Below are positions 43,590 to 52,533 of a DNA stretch of 64,000 nucleotides, piece after piece. Positions within the stretch are counted from its first letter, which is position 1. Each line of letters starts with the position of its first letter. Under the pieces are notes generated by a model that saw only the letters and a program-made list of their open reading frames with translations, ran no database searches and was not told the origin of the DNA. The stretch spans positions 2,017 through 66,016 of the forward strand of contig JAFLTZ010000002.1 of NCBI GenBank assembly GCA_022509045.1, in the 5' to 3' direction. The position numbers were made by a program, and so were the translations under genes. Source of the DNA: Muribaculaceae bacterium. Lineage in GTDB: Bacteria; Bacteroidota; Bacteroidia; Bacteroidales; Muribaculaceae.

Positions 43590-45560
43590 TTATTTTAGAT
43601 TCTCAGGAAGTAACATATTTCCATTCATAGCTTGAGCGTATTGCTGTATGTAAGCCTCGATTCTGCGAGTCCACGACATTAGTATTTCGGGATTGATATC
43701 TTCGACGAGATTATATTTGAGTTCCGCATCGCTTCTGAAATTATAGACTGATTTGATTCTCTCTCCGTCAAATTGGATAAAATAATCGCCCAAAGCATAC
43801 TGAAAAATACCCCCATTGTAATTAAATGCCCAAGTTTCATTCGCTGGAGTGTTAAATAAGTCTAATCCAAATGCTATATATGGTTTGTTGTATTCCAGGT
43901 AATTGAGTACGGTGGGCATTATATCTATCTGTTGTGCAATAGATTCCTCATTAAATCCTCGCAAACAACTATCGCTCGGTGCATAAAATACTATTGGAGC
44001 GGCATATTTCCCCATTGACGTCGAATATTTTTCATCCGTTGCCACACTTGAATGATCGCTCGTAAGCACAAATAGTGTATTTTTATACCATGTTTGCTTT
44101 TCAGCTGTCTCAAAAAACTTGCGTAATGAGTGGTCGGTGTATCTGATACACTTTAGTATCGGGTGGTTGCCCTCTTCGGGGAAGGTATCTGCGTATTCTT
44201 TAGGCAGTGCAAATGGGTGGTGTGAAGATGCCGTAAATACAGATGCCACAAATGGCTCCGGCAGATTCCCTATTTCAGAGGCAAAATACTGTAGGAATGG
44301 CTCGTCCCATATAGCCCAAGACCCATCGAAGTCTTTATTTTCAGGGTGTTTAGTGTTATATTCTGTCAGTCCGTAGTATCTATCAAATCCGCTACGTCTT
44401 GCAAATGCTTCAAACCCCATACTTCCGTTCGGTGCCCCGTGGAAAAATGCTGAAGTGTAACCTTTATCTTTCAGGTAGTATGCAATACCTCCCATATCGT
44501 TGAGCGATGCAGGAGTTAAAAAAAATGGTTCAATCATCATTGGTATAGAGGATAATATTGAAGGCATGCCGTCAATACTCTTCATACCATTGGCAAATGA
44601 ATATTTGAAGGTGTAACTTTTACCTATAAGTTCATCCACAAATGGGGTATAGCCATTATATGTGCTGTCGTTCATCTCTTTATTCAAAGAACCTATAAAT
44701 CCGCGAGAAAAACTTTCCACTATTAATATTACTATATTTTTTGTGGTGAATATTGCGCTGTAATTCGGTGTGTGTAGAGGAGAGTATATAGAAGCTGCTT
44801 CTTCTTTACTCATATACGGTGGCAGATTATATGAAGTTTTTCCTATTGAACGTAGTATTGAAAAAGGAGTGTTAAGCACTGCAGCGGCTTCTATGGGGCG
44901 ATTAACATATTTGTTTGCATCATTCAGAGTTATTGGTCGTGTGGTGCGATTTATACCTCCGCGTATTGCTCCCACAGCAATCAGTCCAAAGAAAGCAATC
45001 ATTAGCGTATTTCCAACATAATATTTTGCGTTTCTGCCGGTTTTTGCTATTGGTTTAGGAGTGCGATAAACCTTCCACACAATCCATATTATTAAAGCAA
45101 ATATTGCCAGAAGGAATAGGTTATTCCATAGTTCGGTAGCTACAATTTTTATTAGATTCCGTTCATTTTCAAATTCCATAAATACCGTGGCGGTACTCCT
45201 GCGACCTGTAAATTGTACATATTTGCAGTCCACGAGATTACTTATCAGTGCGACTCCGTTGGTTATTATATATTCCCATTTGAGAAATTTATTCCATCCG
45301 GTGCATTCTTTTATTCCGAGAGGAAATAAGTAAAGCAATATGTACACGCCATTAATATAAAATAGGGTGGAAAGGTCAAATCTCAAGCCTCCTGTCAATA
45401 TTCCCTTAACGAGATTCCATGTGAAGTATCCTTCATAATAATTCGCATAATTGTATGCTATGAATATTAAACGAGCGAGCATCAACATTGCTAACGCTAT
45501 GAGCAGGTTGATGCATAGATGCACATACCTGTTGTCTTTTATACGGGCTGAGATATTCAT
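43590..45560 (-). CDS. LtaS/sulfatase-like membrane phosphotransferase (N-terminal multi-TM module plus an extracytoplasmic alkaline-phosphatase-superfamily domain)
   Basis: About 5 N-terminal TM helices are followed by a sulfatase-type domain (IVILIVESFS..., LTSDHS). The architecture matches LtaS/OpgB/EptA-type enzymes. Confidence 0.75.
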   Translation of the reverse strand: MNISARIKDNRYVHLCINLLIALAMLMLARLIFIAYNYANYYEGYFTWNLVKGILTGGLRFDLSTLFYINGVYILLYLFPLGIKECTGWNKFLKWEYIITNGVALISNLVDCKYVQFTGRRSTATVFMEFENERNLIKIVATELWNNLFLLAIFALIIWIVWKVYRTPKPIAKTGRNAKYYVGNTLMIAFFGLIAVGAIRGGINRTTRPITLNDANKYVNRPIEAAAVLNTPFSILRSIGKTSYNLPPYMSKEEAASIYSPLHTPNYSAIFTTKNIVILIVESFSRGFIGSLNKEMNDSTYNGYTPFVDELIGKSYTFKYSFANGMKSIDGMPSILSSIPMMIEPFFLTPASLNDMGGIAYYLKDKGYTSAFFHGAPNGSMGFEAFARRSGFDRYYGLTEYNTKHPENKDFDGSWAIWDEPFLQYFASEIGNLPEPFVASVFTASSHHPFALPKEYADTFPEEGNHPILKCIRYTDHSLRKFFETAEKQTWYKNTLFVLTSDHSSVATDEKYSTSMGKYAAPIVFYAPSDSCLRGFNEESIAQQIDIMPTVLNYLEYNKPYIAFGLDLFNTPANETWAFNYNGGIFQYALGDYFIQFDGERIKSVYNFRSDAELKYNLVEDINPEILMSWTRRIEAYIQQYAQAMNGNMLLPENLK

Positions 45561-45568
45561 GATGGTGC

Positions 45569-45585
45569 AAATTTAATAAATTTGT
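45569..45585. promoter_or_regulatory. Perfect 17-bp palindrome carrying a -7 box on each strand
   Basis: CAAATTTA-A-TAAATTTG. It reads TAAATTTG on the minus strand (9 nt upstream of the LtaS-like ATG at 45560) and TAAATTTG on the plus strand at 45578-45585. Confidence 0.4.
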
Positions 45586-45627
45586 ACCAATCTGTATTAT
45601 TTTACGCTGTATAACAAATGTGTGTTG

Positions 45628-46401
45628 TTAATTACCAGTATAATATACGCGAATTTCACCTACATTTAATGTGCCCCGAATTAGTAGAGGCTTGTGGCTA
45701 TTGTCAATATCTAACCATGCATCGATAGGAGCTGATGAGTTTTGTTGATTTTTCATAGAAAATGTAAGAGTGAGGTGATGTGATTGGCGTTGCTGTTTGT
45801 CTCGGAGTTTTATTGTTTCATCACCGAGATAGCGAATTTTAAGCCATTCTTTTCTCCTGCCAGAAAATATTGTTGTTATTATTTCATCTCCCGGTGTCAT
45901 TTCCTGAAAGTTAAGAGTTCGTATATAATAGAATACACTCAACATATCGTACGCACTACTTTCAGCTGCCATTCGGTGTTTTTGTGGGATGTTGTTTCCT
46001 CGTTTTCTTACACTGTTCCCTATTATTGAATCATTACAGTGATAAAATTCTATTGTATCAATAGTCGATGTCTTGCCCTCGTGTGCTGTTTTTATATATC
46101 GTTTTGGCATAAAACCGTCTGCGGGATTCATCCAGGTTTGTAATGTGTCGCGAACACGATATACTTTGTCGGCCCATGGTTGGGTTCGAGCGTATAGTTC
46201 TCCGCATATTTGATGGTGGTCAGTTTGTGTTAAGAGTTCTGCTTTTGCTGCGACTTTCCATATTACGCCCCAGTGATATACAATTTCGTAATTCAGATGT
46301 TCATTATTAGTATGGTTTAAGTTGGAAGCATTATTATTTCCCACTCCACCGATTATAAGTAGAACAAATATTACAATTATATGTTTTGTAACTCTTTTCA
46401 T
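45628..46401 (-). CDS. DUF3108-like secreted protein
   Basis: Signal peptide MKRVTKHIIVIFVLLIIGG. Its pattern (YDMLSVFYYIRTL..., IDAWLDIDNSHKPLLIRG...GEIRVYY) matches my memory of DUF3108. I chose ATG 46401 because the track start at 46416 is TTG. Confidence 0.6.
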   Translation of the reverse strand: MKRVTKHIIVIFVLLIIGGVGNNNASNLNHTNNEHLNYEIVYHWGVIWKVAAKAELLTQTDHHQICGELYARTQPWADKVYRVRDTLQTWMNPADGFMPKRYIKTAHEGKTSTIDTIEFYHCNDSIIGNSVRKRGNNIPQKHRMAAESSAYDMLSVFYYIRTLNFQEMTPGDEIITTIFSGRRKEWLKIRYLGDETIKLRDKQQRQSHHLTLTFSMKNQQNSSAPIDAWLDIDNSHKPLLIRGTLNVGEIRVYYTGN

Positions 46402-46616
46402 ACTGATATAACGCAAAATTTTGATTTTTGTTTTCCTTTTGATTTAATTGAGAATTCAGAATTCACGATAAATTATGCGGAATCATTTAAATTTTAAATT
46501 CTCGCCACGTACAAATGTTAATAATTACGTGATATTCAGGGGCATAAATAATAATTTAAGCTTTGTGAAAATTGTTCAAATAATTTTTTTGCGTTGCAAA
46601 AATCGTATAATTGTAG

Positions 46617-46624
46617 TAAATTTG
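46617..46624 (+). promoter_or_regulatory. -7 promoter box (TAAATTTG) for ybeY-mnmG
   Basis: Exact TAnnTTTG match 22 nt upstream of ATG 46646. This argues against the longer ORF-track start at 46475. Confidence 0.55.
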
Positions 46625-46645
46625 CGAAAAATGTATGTTTTATCT

Positions 46646-47083
46646 ATGGCTGATGTAAATTATATAAATGAGAATGTAGCAATGCCGGATATTCATTTCC
46701 AACTTGTGAATCGGTGGGTTTCTGAAGTTGCCGCTTCATTTGATAAAGGAATCGGTCATCTTACATATATTTTTTGTAGTGATGAAAGGATTTTAGAGGT
46801 AAACAAGCAATTTCTCAACCACGATTATTATACTGATATTATCACTTTTGATAATTCGCGACGTGGGATAATTACTGGAGATATGTATATTTCTATTGAA
46901 ACGGTTTCTTCTAACGCCAATTTGCTACATAAATCATATGAAGAAGAGTTACATAGAGTGATAATTCATGGAGTTCTTCACTTGTGTGGTATTAACGATA
47001 AAGGTCCTGGAGAACGAGAAATTATGGAGTTTAACGAGGACAAAGCGCTTAATTTGCTCAATAAGTTGAAAAATGAAATTTAA
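46646..47083 (+). CDS. ybeY: rRNA maturation endoribonuclease YbeY
   Basis: Zinc motif HGVLHLCGINDKG within a 145-aa product measured from ATG 46646. Confidence 0.88.
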   Translation: MADVNYINENVAMPDIHFQLVNRWVSEVAASFDKGIGHLTYIFCSDERILEVNKQFLNHDYYTDIITFDNSRRGIITGDMYISIETVSSNANLLHKSYEEELHRVIIHGVLHLCGINDKGPGEREIMEFNEDKALNLLNKLKNEI

Positions 47084-48953
47084 CTACGACGTTATCGTTA
47101 TTGGTGCCGGTCATGCCGGATGTGAGGCAGCGCACGCTGCTGCTACACTCGGTGCATCCACTCTGTTGATTACCATCGATATGAATAAGATAGCACAAAT
47201 GAGTTGTAATCCAGCTGTTGGTGGTATTGCAAAAGGACAAATTGTGCGAGAAATCGATGCCTTAGGTGGTATGATGGGAGTTGTTACTGATGCTTCGGCT
47301 ATTCAATTTCGTATGCTGAACAGGTCTAAAGGACCTGCTATGTGGAGCCCCAGATCTCAGTCGGACAGAATGCAATTTATGGCAGAATGGCGTAGAATTC
47401 TCGAAAACACGCCTAATTTACATATATGGCAGGATTCTGTGGTGTCATTAGTTATAAATGATGGTAAAATAGAAGGAGTTAATACTGCTTTAGGTGTAAC
47501 TTTTTCTGCAAAAACCGTAGTTTTGACAGCCGGTACGTTCTTAAATGGTCTTATGCATGTGGGACGTGTAAAAACGGAAGGAGGTAGAGTGTCGGAGCCT
47601 GCTTCTCACGGTATTACCGAGCAGTTGTGTTCATTTGGTTTCGTCGCAGAAAGAATGAAAACAGGTACACCGGCTCGCCTGGATGCGCGCTCTATTGATT
47701 TCACTTTGGCTGAACGACAAGATGGTGAAAATGATTTTCATAAATTTTCGTATCTCCCTTCCTCCGGTCGAAAATTGCCGCAACGACCTTGTTGGATTGT
47801 TTACACCAATCCGGAGGTTCATTCCATCTTACGGGATGGTCTCCCTGATTCGCCCCTATATAACGGTCAAATCACGAGTATCGGACCAAGATATTGCCCA
47901 AGTATAGAGACCAAGATTGTAACTTTTGCAGATAAAAATGAGCATTTACTTTTCCTTGAGCCGGAAGGTGTAGATACCAATGAATATTACGTTAACGGCT
48001 TTTCTTCTTCGTTGCCAATAAATACTCAAATTGATGCACTTACAAAAGTCCCTGCACTTGCCAATGTGCATTTCTTACGTCCGGGTTATGCTATTGAGTA
48101 TGATTTCTTTGATCCACGACAATTAAAACACACTTTGGAAACGAAACTTGTTAAAGGATTATTCTTTGCCGGACAGGTTAATGGTACAACGGGCTATGAA
48201 GAGGCTGCGGGCCAGGGCCTGATTGCCGGAATTAATGCGGCGTTGAAAGCACGTGGGTCAAGCGAGGAGTTCATCCTCGGGCGCGATGAAGCATACATAG
48301 GTGTTCTTATTGATGATTTGGTTACAAAAGGAGTTGATGAGCCATATAGAATGTTTACATCGCGTGCAGAATATCGCATATTGCTTCGACAGGACGATGC
48401 AGACATGCGACTCACGCCTAAAGCTTACGCGATAGGTCTTGCTTCAGAGGAAAGATATCGTTTGCAGCAAGAAAAACTTTATTTTCGTGATGCTCTGATA
48501 GAATTTTGTAAGGATTTTTCTGTTCGAGCCGACAAGTTTAATGAATATACAGAATCACTCGGTGTCGCTCCATTGCGTCATGGGGTAAAACTTTACGATT
48601 TGGTTTTGCGCCCCCAATTGTCAATATTTATTCTTGCAAAATATGTTCAGCCTCTTGCAGATTATCTTGCAACATTGCCGGAAGATCGAAGAGAGGAAAT
48701 TATAGAAGCAGCGGAGATTCTGATGAAATATCAAGGGTATATTGACCGAGAGCGTCAACTGGCTGAAAAGGCATCCCGACTCGAACAATTGAGAATTAAA
48801 GACCGGTTCGATTATAATTCGATTCAGTCATTATCTACTGAAGCTCGGCAAAAGTTGTCAAAAATCAATCCGGAGACTATTGCACAAGCTTCTCGAATTC
48901 CGGGAATATCTCCGAATGATATCTCAATATTACTCCTATTATTAGGAAGATAA
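47073..48953 (+). CDS. mnmG: tRNA uridine-5-carboxymethylaminomethyl modification enzyme MnmG (GidA)
   Basis: FAD motif YDVIVIGAGHAGCEAA. It is 626 aa with typical GidA sequence throughout. It overlaps the ybeY end by 11 nt. Confidence 0.97.
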   Translation: MKFNYDVIVIGAGHAGCEAAHAAATLGASTLLITIDMNKIAQMSCNPAVGGIAKGQIVREIDALGGMMGVVTDASAIQFRMLNRSKGPAMWSPRSQSDRMQFMAEWRRILENTPNLHIWQDSVVSLVINDGKIEGVNTALGVTFSAKTVVLTAGTFLNGLMHVGRVKTEGGRVSEPASHGITEQLCSFGFVAERMKTGTPARLDARSIDFTLAERQDGENDFHKFSYLPSSGRKLPQRPCWIVYTNPEVHSILRDGLPDSPLYNGQITSIGPRYCPSIETKIVTFADKNEHLLFLEPEGVDTNEYYVNGFSSSLPINTQIDALTKVPALANVHFLRPGYAIEYDFFDPRQLKHTLETKLVKGLFFAGQVNGTTGYEEAAGQGLIAGINAALKARGSSEEFILGRDEAYIGVLIDDLVTKGVDEPYRMFTSRAEYRILLRQDDADMRLTPKAYAIGLASEERYRLQQEKLYFRDALIEFCKDFSVRADKFNEYTESLGVAPLRHGVKLYDLVLRPQLSIFILAKYVQPLADYLATLPEDRREEIIEAAEILMKYQGYIDRERQLAEKASRLEQLRIKDRFDYNSIQSLSTEARQKLSKINPETIAQASRIPGISPNDISILLLLLGR

Positions 48954-48999
48954 TTGCAAAATGTTTCACGTGGAACAATGATTTATTTTTATTCAATAT

Positions 49000-49536
49000 A
49001 TGGAACAAGCAAAATTAGAAAAAGTAAAAAGTGTGATTCGCGATGTGCCGGATTTTCCTTCGAGGGGAATTCTATTTCGTGATTTAACGACTCTGTTTAA
49101 GGATGCAGAAGCCCTTGCTATTATTAGTGATGAACTCAGAGCTATGTATGCAGGGAAAGGTATAACAAAAGTTGTGGGTATAGAAGCGCGAGGTTTTGTT
49201 GGTGCATCAATCCTTGCTCACGATTTGAAAGCGGGTTTCGTGCCGATGCGTAAACCCGGTAAATTGCCTGCAGATACCATTAAACTTACATACAATAAAG
49301 AGTATGGTACGGATACTATCGAGATTCACTCGGATGCTATTACTCCTGATGATATTGTTGTTATTCATGATGATGTGCTCGCTACCGGTGGCACGATGAA
49401 GGCTGCGTATGATTTGGTGAAAAGCTGCAACCCTAAAAAGATTTATATCAATTTCATAGTTGAACTGTCTGCTCTCAATGGACGTCGCCTCTTTGAGGAT
49501 AGTGATATTGATATGCAGTCCGTGCTGGTGTATTGA
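49000..49536 (+). CDS. apt: Adenine phosphoribosyltransferase
   Basis: PRPP-binding motif VVIHDDVLATGGT within 178 aa. Confidence 0.94.
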   Translation: MEQAKLEKVKSVIRDVPDFPSRGILFRDLTTLFKDAEALAIISDELRAMYAGKGITKVVGIEARGFVGASILAHDLKAGFVPMRKPGKLPADTIKLTYNKEYGTDTIEIHSDAITPDDIVVIHDDVLATGGTMKAAYDLVKSCNPKKIYINFIVELSALNGRRLFEDSDIDMQSVLVY

Positions 49537-49564
49537 TTGTATTCATTTTGCAATATTAATTGTT

Positions 49565-49593
49565 ATTGTGGCAGAACGATGCTCTGCCACAAT
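49565..49593 (+). terminator. Intrinsic-terminator hairpin after apt
   Basis: ATTGTGGCAGA-acgatgc-TCTGCCACAAT gives an 11-bp perfect stem. T-rich sequence follows, but it is not an immediate U-run. Confidence 0.6.
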
Positions 49594-49647
49594 GTATTTA
49601 TAAACTTTTTTCAATTATTTTGGTTTTATTAGTAGCGGCATCTTGCG

Positions 49648-51465
49648 ATGAAACCGGCGGATAGCTTAAAAGAAAAAATAGACCTGCTCCCTGAAAGCCC
49701 GGGAGTATATATGTATTTCGATAAAGATGGCACTATCATTTATGTCGGAAAGGCAAAACGATTGCGTCGTCGTGTCAAATCGTATTTTAATCGTGAGCAC
49801 GCTATTAACAGGACTAATAGACTTGTTCGCAATATTGCCGACCTCAAATATATTGTTGTAAATACCGAGGAAGATGCGTTACTCCTTGAAAATAGTCTGA
49901 TAAAAGAGTATAAACCGAGATACAATGTGCTCCTTAAGGATGACAAATCGTATCCGTGGATTTGTGTGACGAATGAGCTATATCCTCGTGTTATTATTAC
50001 ACGGGAGGATGTTAAGAAGGCACATGGGAAGTATTTTGGGCCGTATCCGAATATCTCTGTTGTTCGAAATGTTCTCGATTTAATTCGTGAAATTTATCCC
50101 ATACGCACGTGCTCGCTACCGATTACTCGTGAGCTGATTGGCAGAAAAAAATATCGTGTTTGTCTGGAGTATCATATTAAAAATTGTATGGGATGTTGCA
50201 CAGGAGAAATATGTTCAGAGAATTATAATGAATATATCGAAGAAATAAGGCAAATTTTAAGCGGGAATATCGCACAACTGTCAGATTATTTGCTTGGACA
50301 AATGCAAAAACTTGCAGCAGATATGAAATTTGAAGAAGCTCATGAACTGAAAAATCGATATTTGTTGCTCGAAAAATATAAGTCAAAAACAGTAATTGTA
50401 AGTGCTCAAATACATGATGTAGATGTGTTTAGCTTTGTTCGTGATGATGACAATGCGTATGTGAATTACATGTATGTGCGTAATGGGGCTGTAAGTAAAT
50501 CATTTACACTTGAACTTAAGGCACGGCTGGGAGAAACTGATGCGGAAATGCTCACTTTTGCTATTGGTGAAATTCAAGCGAAATTTGGTCAACAAAATAG
50601 GGAAACTATAGTGCCGTTCTATCCGGATATGGAATTCGCTGAGCGCGTATTTACTATTCCTCAAAGAGGAGATAAACATAAGTTGCTAAAAATCTCCGAG
50701 AAAAATGCTCTTCAATATAAGAGTGATAAGCATAAACGTGCTGATAAATTGAATCCTGAGCAAAGAATTATGCGTGTCCTTACGACCATGCAACGTGATT
50801 TTCGACTTAAAGAACTGCCACGTCATATAGAGTGTTTCGATAATTCTAACATCCAGGGGTCTAATCCTGTGGCTTCCTGTGTGGTGTTTAAGAATGCTAA
50901 ACCATCAAAACGTGATTATCGTCATTTTAATATTAAAACAGTTGTTGGTCCCGATGATTTTGCTTCGATGAGAGAGGTGCTTACCCGGCGTTATTCTCGT
51001 ATGCTCGCGGAAGGACAAGATTTGCCTCAGCTTGTAGTAGTTGATGGAGGTAAAGGGCAGTTGAGCAGTGCTGTAGAGGCTCTTGATGCCATTGGATTAC
51101 GTGGCAAAATTGCACTTATTGGTATTGCAAAACGCTTAGAGGAGATTTACTTCCCGGGAGATTCTATTCCTTTATACATAGATAAAAATAGTGAATCACT
51201 CAAAGTTATACAACATTTGCGCGATGAGGCGCATCGCTTTGGTATTACTCATCACAGGAATAAAAGAAGTAAGGCTCAAACAGTATCGTTGCTTGACGGA
51301 ATAAAAGGTATTGGCCCCGTTACTCGAGAGATGTTGCTTAGAAGATTCCGCTCGCTCAAGAGAATTAAAGATGCTTCTCTTGAAGAACTTTCGGAAGTTG
51401 TAGGCAAAAGCAAGGCTGTTGTAATTTTCAATTCGATACGAGAGATTCCTGATTCTATCGTTTAA
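49648..51465 (+). CDS. uvrC: Excinuclease ABC subunit C
   Basis: N-terminal GIY-YIG domain (GVYMYFDKDGTIIYVGKAKRLRRR), a UvrBC motif region and a C-terminal (HhH)2. Length is 605 aa. Confidence 0.96.
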   Translation: MKPADSLKEKIDLLPESPGVYMYFDKDGTIIYVGKAKRLRRRVKSYFNREHAINRTNRLVRNIADLKYIVVNTEEDALLLENSLIKEYKPRYNVLLKDDKSYPWICVTNELYPRVIITREDVKKAHGKYFGPYPNISVVRNVLDLIREIYPIRTCSLPITRELIGRKKYRVCLEYHIKNCMGCCTGEICSENYNEYIEEIRQILSGNIAQLSDYLLGQMQKLAADMKFEEAHELKNRYLLLEKYKSKTVIVSAQIHDVDVFSFVRDDDNAYVNYMYVRNGAVSKSFTLELKARLGETDAEMLTFAIGEIQAKFGQQNRETIVPFYPDMEFAERVFTIPQRGDKHKLLKISEKNALQYKSDKHKRADKLNPEQRIMRVLTTMQRDFRLKELPRHIECFDNSNIQGSNPVASCVVFKNAKPSKRDYRHFNIKTVVGPDDFASMREVLTRRYSRMLAEGQDLPQLVVVDGGKGQLSSAVEALDAIGLRGKIALIGIAKRLEEIYFPGDSIPLYIDKNSESLKVIQHLRDEAHRFGITHHRNKRSKAQTVSLLDGIKGIGPVTREMLLRRFRSLKRIKDASLEELSEVVGKSKAVVIFNSIREIPDSIV

Positions 51466-51506
51466 AATTGTGAAAAATGAATAATTACGTGTAAATTGTC
51501 ATAGTT

Positions 51507-51956
51507 ATGAAATTAGTTATTCAAAGAGTATCTTCGGCATCTGTTTCCATTGAAGGTAAAGAAATTTCCTCGATAAAATCGGGGTTATTAGTGCTTGTTG
51601 GGGTAGCTGATACAGATAGTATGCAAGATCTTGACTCTGTTGTTAGAAAATGTGTTAATCTTAGAATTTTTAATGATAATAACGGGGTTATGAATCGATC
51701 TATCATTGATGTATGCGGAGATGTATTGGCGGTTAGTCAGTTTACTCTTTTAGCATCAACGAGAAAGGGTAATAGACCTTCTTACATACACGCTGCCGGA
51801 CATGAGATTGCAATCCCTATGTATAATACTTTCTGTGATAAAGTAAGTGAACTAACAGGTAGGCCGGTGATGAAAGGTGTTTTTGGTGCAGATATGCAGG
51901 TTTCGCTTGTTAACGACGGTCCTGTAACTATTGTTATTGATTCCTCTGAGGTGTAA
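51507..51956 (+). CDS. dtd: D-aminoacyl-tRNA deacylase
   Basis: It is 149 aa with MKLVIQRV..., SQFTLLA and a GPVT motif near the C-terminus. Confidence 0.93.
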   Translation: MKLVIQRVSSASVSIEGKEISSIKSGLLVLVGVADTDSMQDLDSVVRKCVNLRIFNDNNGVMNRSIIDVCGDVLAVSQFTLLASTRKGNRPSYIHAAGHEIAIPMYNTFCDKVSELTGRPVMKGVFGADMQVSLVNDGPVTIVIDSSEV

Positions 51957-51974
51957 TTCTTTATTTTCTGTTAT

Positions 51975-52529
51975 ATGAAACTCACAATTAAAGATATGGT
52001 GTGCAGGCATTGTGTGGAAAGTGTAAAACAAATTCTTTCCAATGAAATGGGGTTGTCGGTACGGCATGTTGAATTAGGCTCGGCAGAAATTGAGCAGACA
52101 CTTTCCAAAGCAGATTTAAAACGACTTTCTAACGCGCTACAACGTGAAGGTTTTGAGTTGATTCAAAGCAGAGAAGCGAAAATAGTAGATGAAATTAAAT
52201 GCAGACTAATCGAGTATTCAAGAGAGGAGTTGTCGGGTAGAATGTCGATGGTAAACATTCTTTCTGAAAAATTTAATTTGTCATATAATACGATGAGTCG
52301 TATTTTTTCTGAAGTTGAGGGACGTTCGATTGAGAATTATTATATGAATCTTCGTATTGAGCGGGTAAAAGAACTCATTAAATACCAGCAGTTATCACTA
52401 TCAGAAATAGCGGATATGATGGGATATTCTTCAGTAGCTCACCTGTCACGTCAATTTAAACAATTTACAGGTCTCACTCCTTCACAATTTAGGGAAATAG
52501 GCATTCGGAAATCTCTCTCAGAGGTATAA
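51975..52529 (+). CDS. Fusion regulator: an N-terminal heavy-metal-associated (HMA, MxCxxC) domain joined to a C-terminal AraC/XylS-type HTH domain
   Basis: The first 70 aa carry MVCRHCV with ferredoxin-like HMA spacing. The C-terminal half has AraC signatures (LSLSEIADMMGYSSVAHLSRQFKQFTGLTPSQFR). Confidence 0.8.
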   Translation: MKLTIKDMVCRHCVESVKQILSNEMGLSVRHVELGSAEIEQTLSKADLKRLSNALQREGFELIQSREAKIVDEIKCRLIEYSREELSGRMSMVNILSEKFNLSYNTMSRIFSEVEGRSIENYYMNLRIERVKELIKYQQLSLSEIADMMGYSSVAHLSRQFKQFTGLTPSQFREIGIRKSLSEV

Positions 52530-52533
52530 TGCA

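Noticed and set aside
46402-46645. A possible replication origin: an AT-rich spacer next to mnmG/gidA at a point where gene orientation switches from minus to plus
   Set aside because: I could not find a cluster of DnaA-box-like TTATCCACA/TGTGGATAA sequences. The spacer is only about 245 bp. Gene orientation switches again at about 15 kb and about 61.3 kb, so the strand pattern is not origin-like.
46475-46645. N-terminal extensions suggested by the ORF track for ybeY (start 46475), C10 paralog B (20757), the ARH lipoprotein (42746), cysE (34454) and DUF3108 (46416)
   Set aside because: Most of these track starts are TTG codons, and the ybeY one, although ATG, lies in the AT-rich spacer upstream of its -7 box. 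They lie upstream of, or within, TAnnTTTG promoter boxes or spacer DNA. Downstream ATGs give proper signal peptides or canonical protein lengths.
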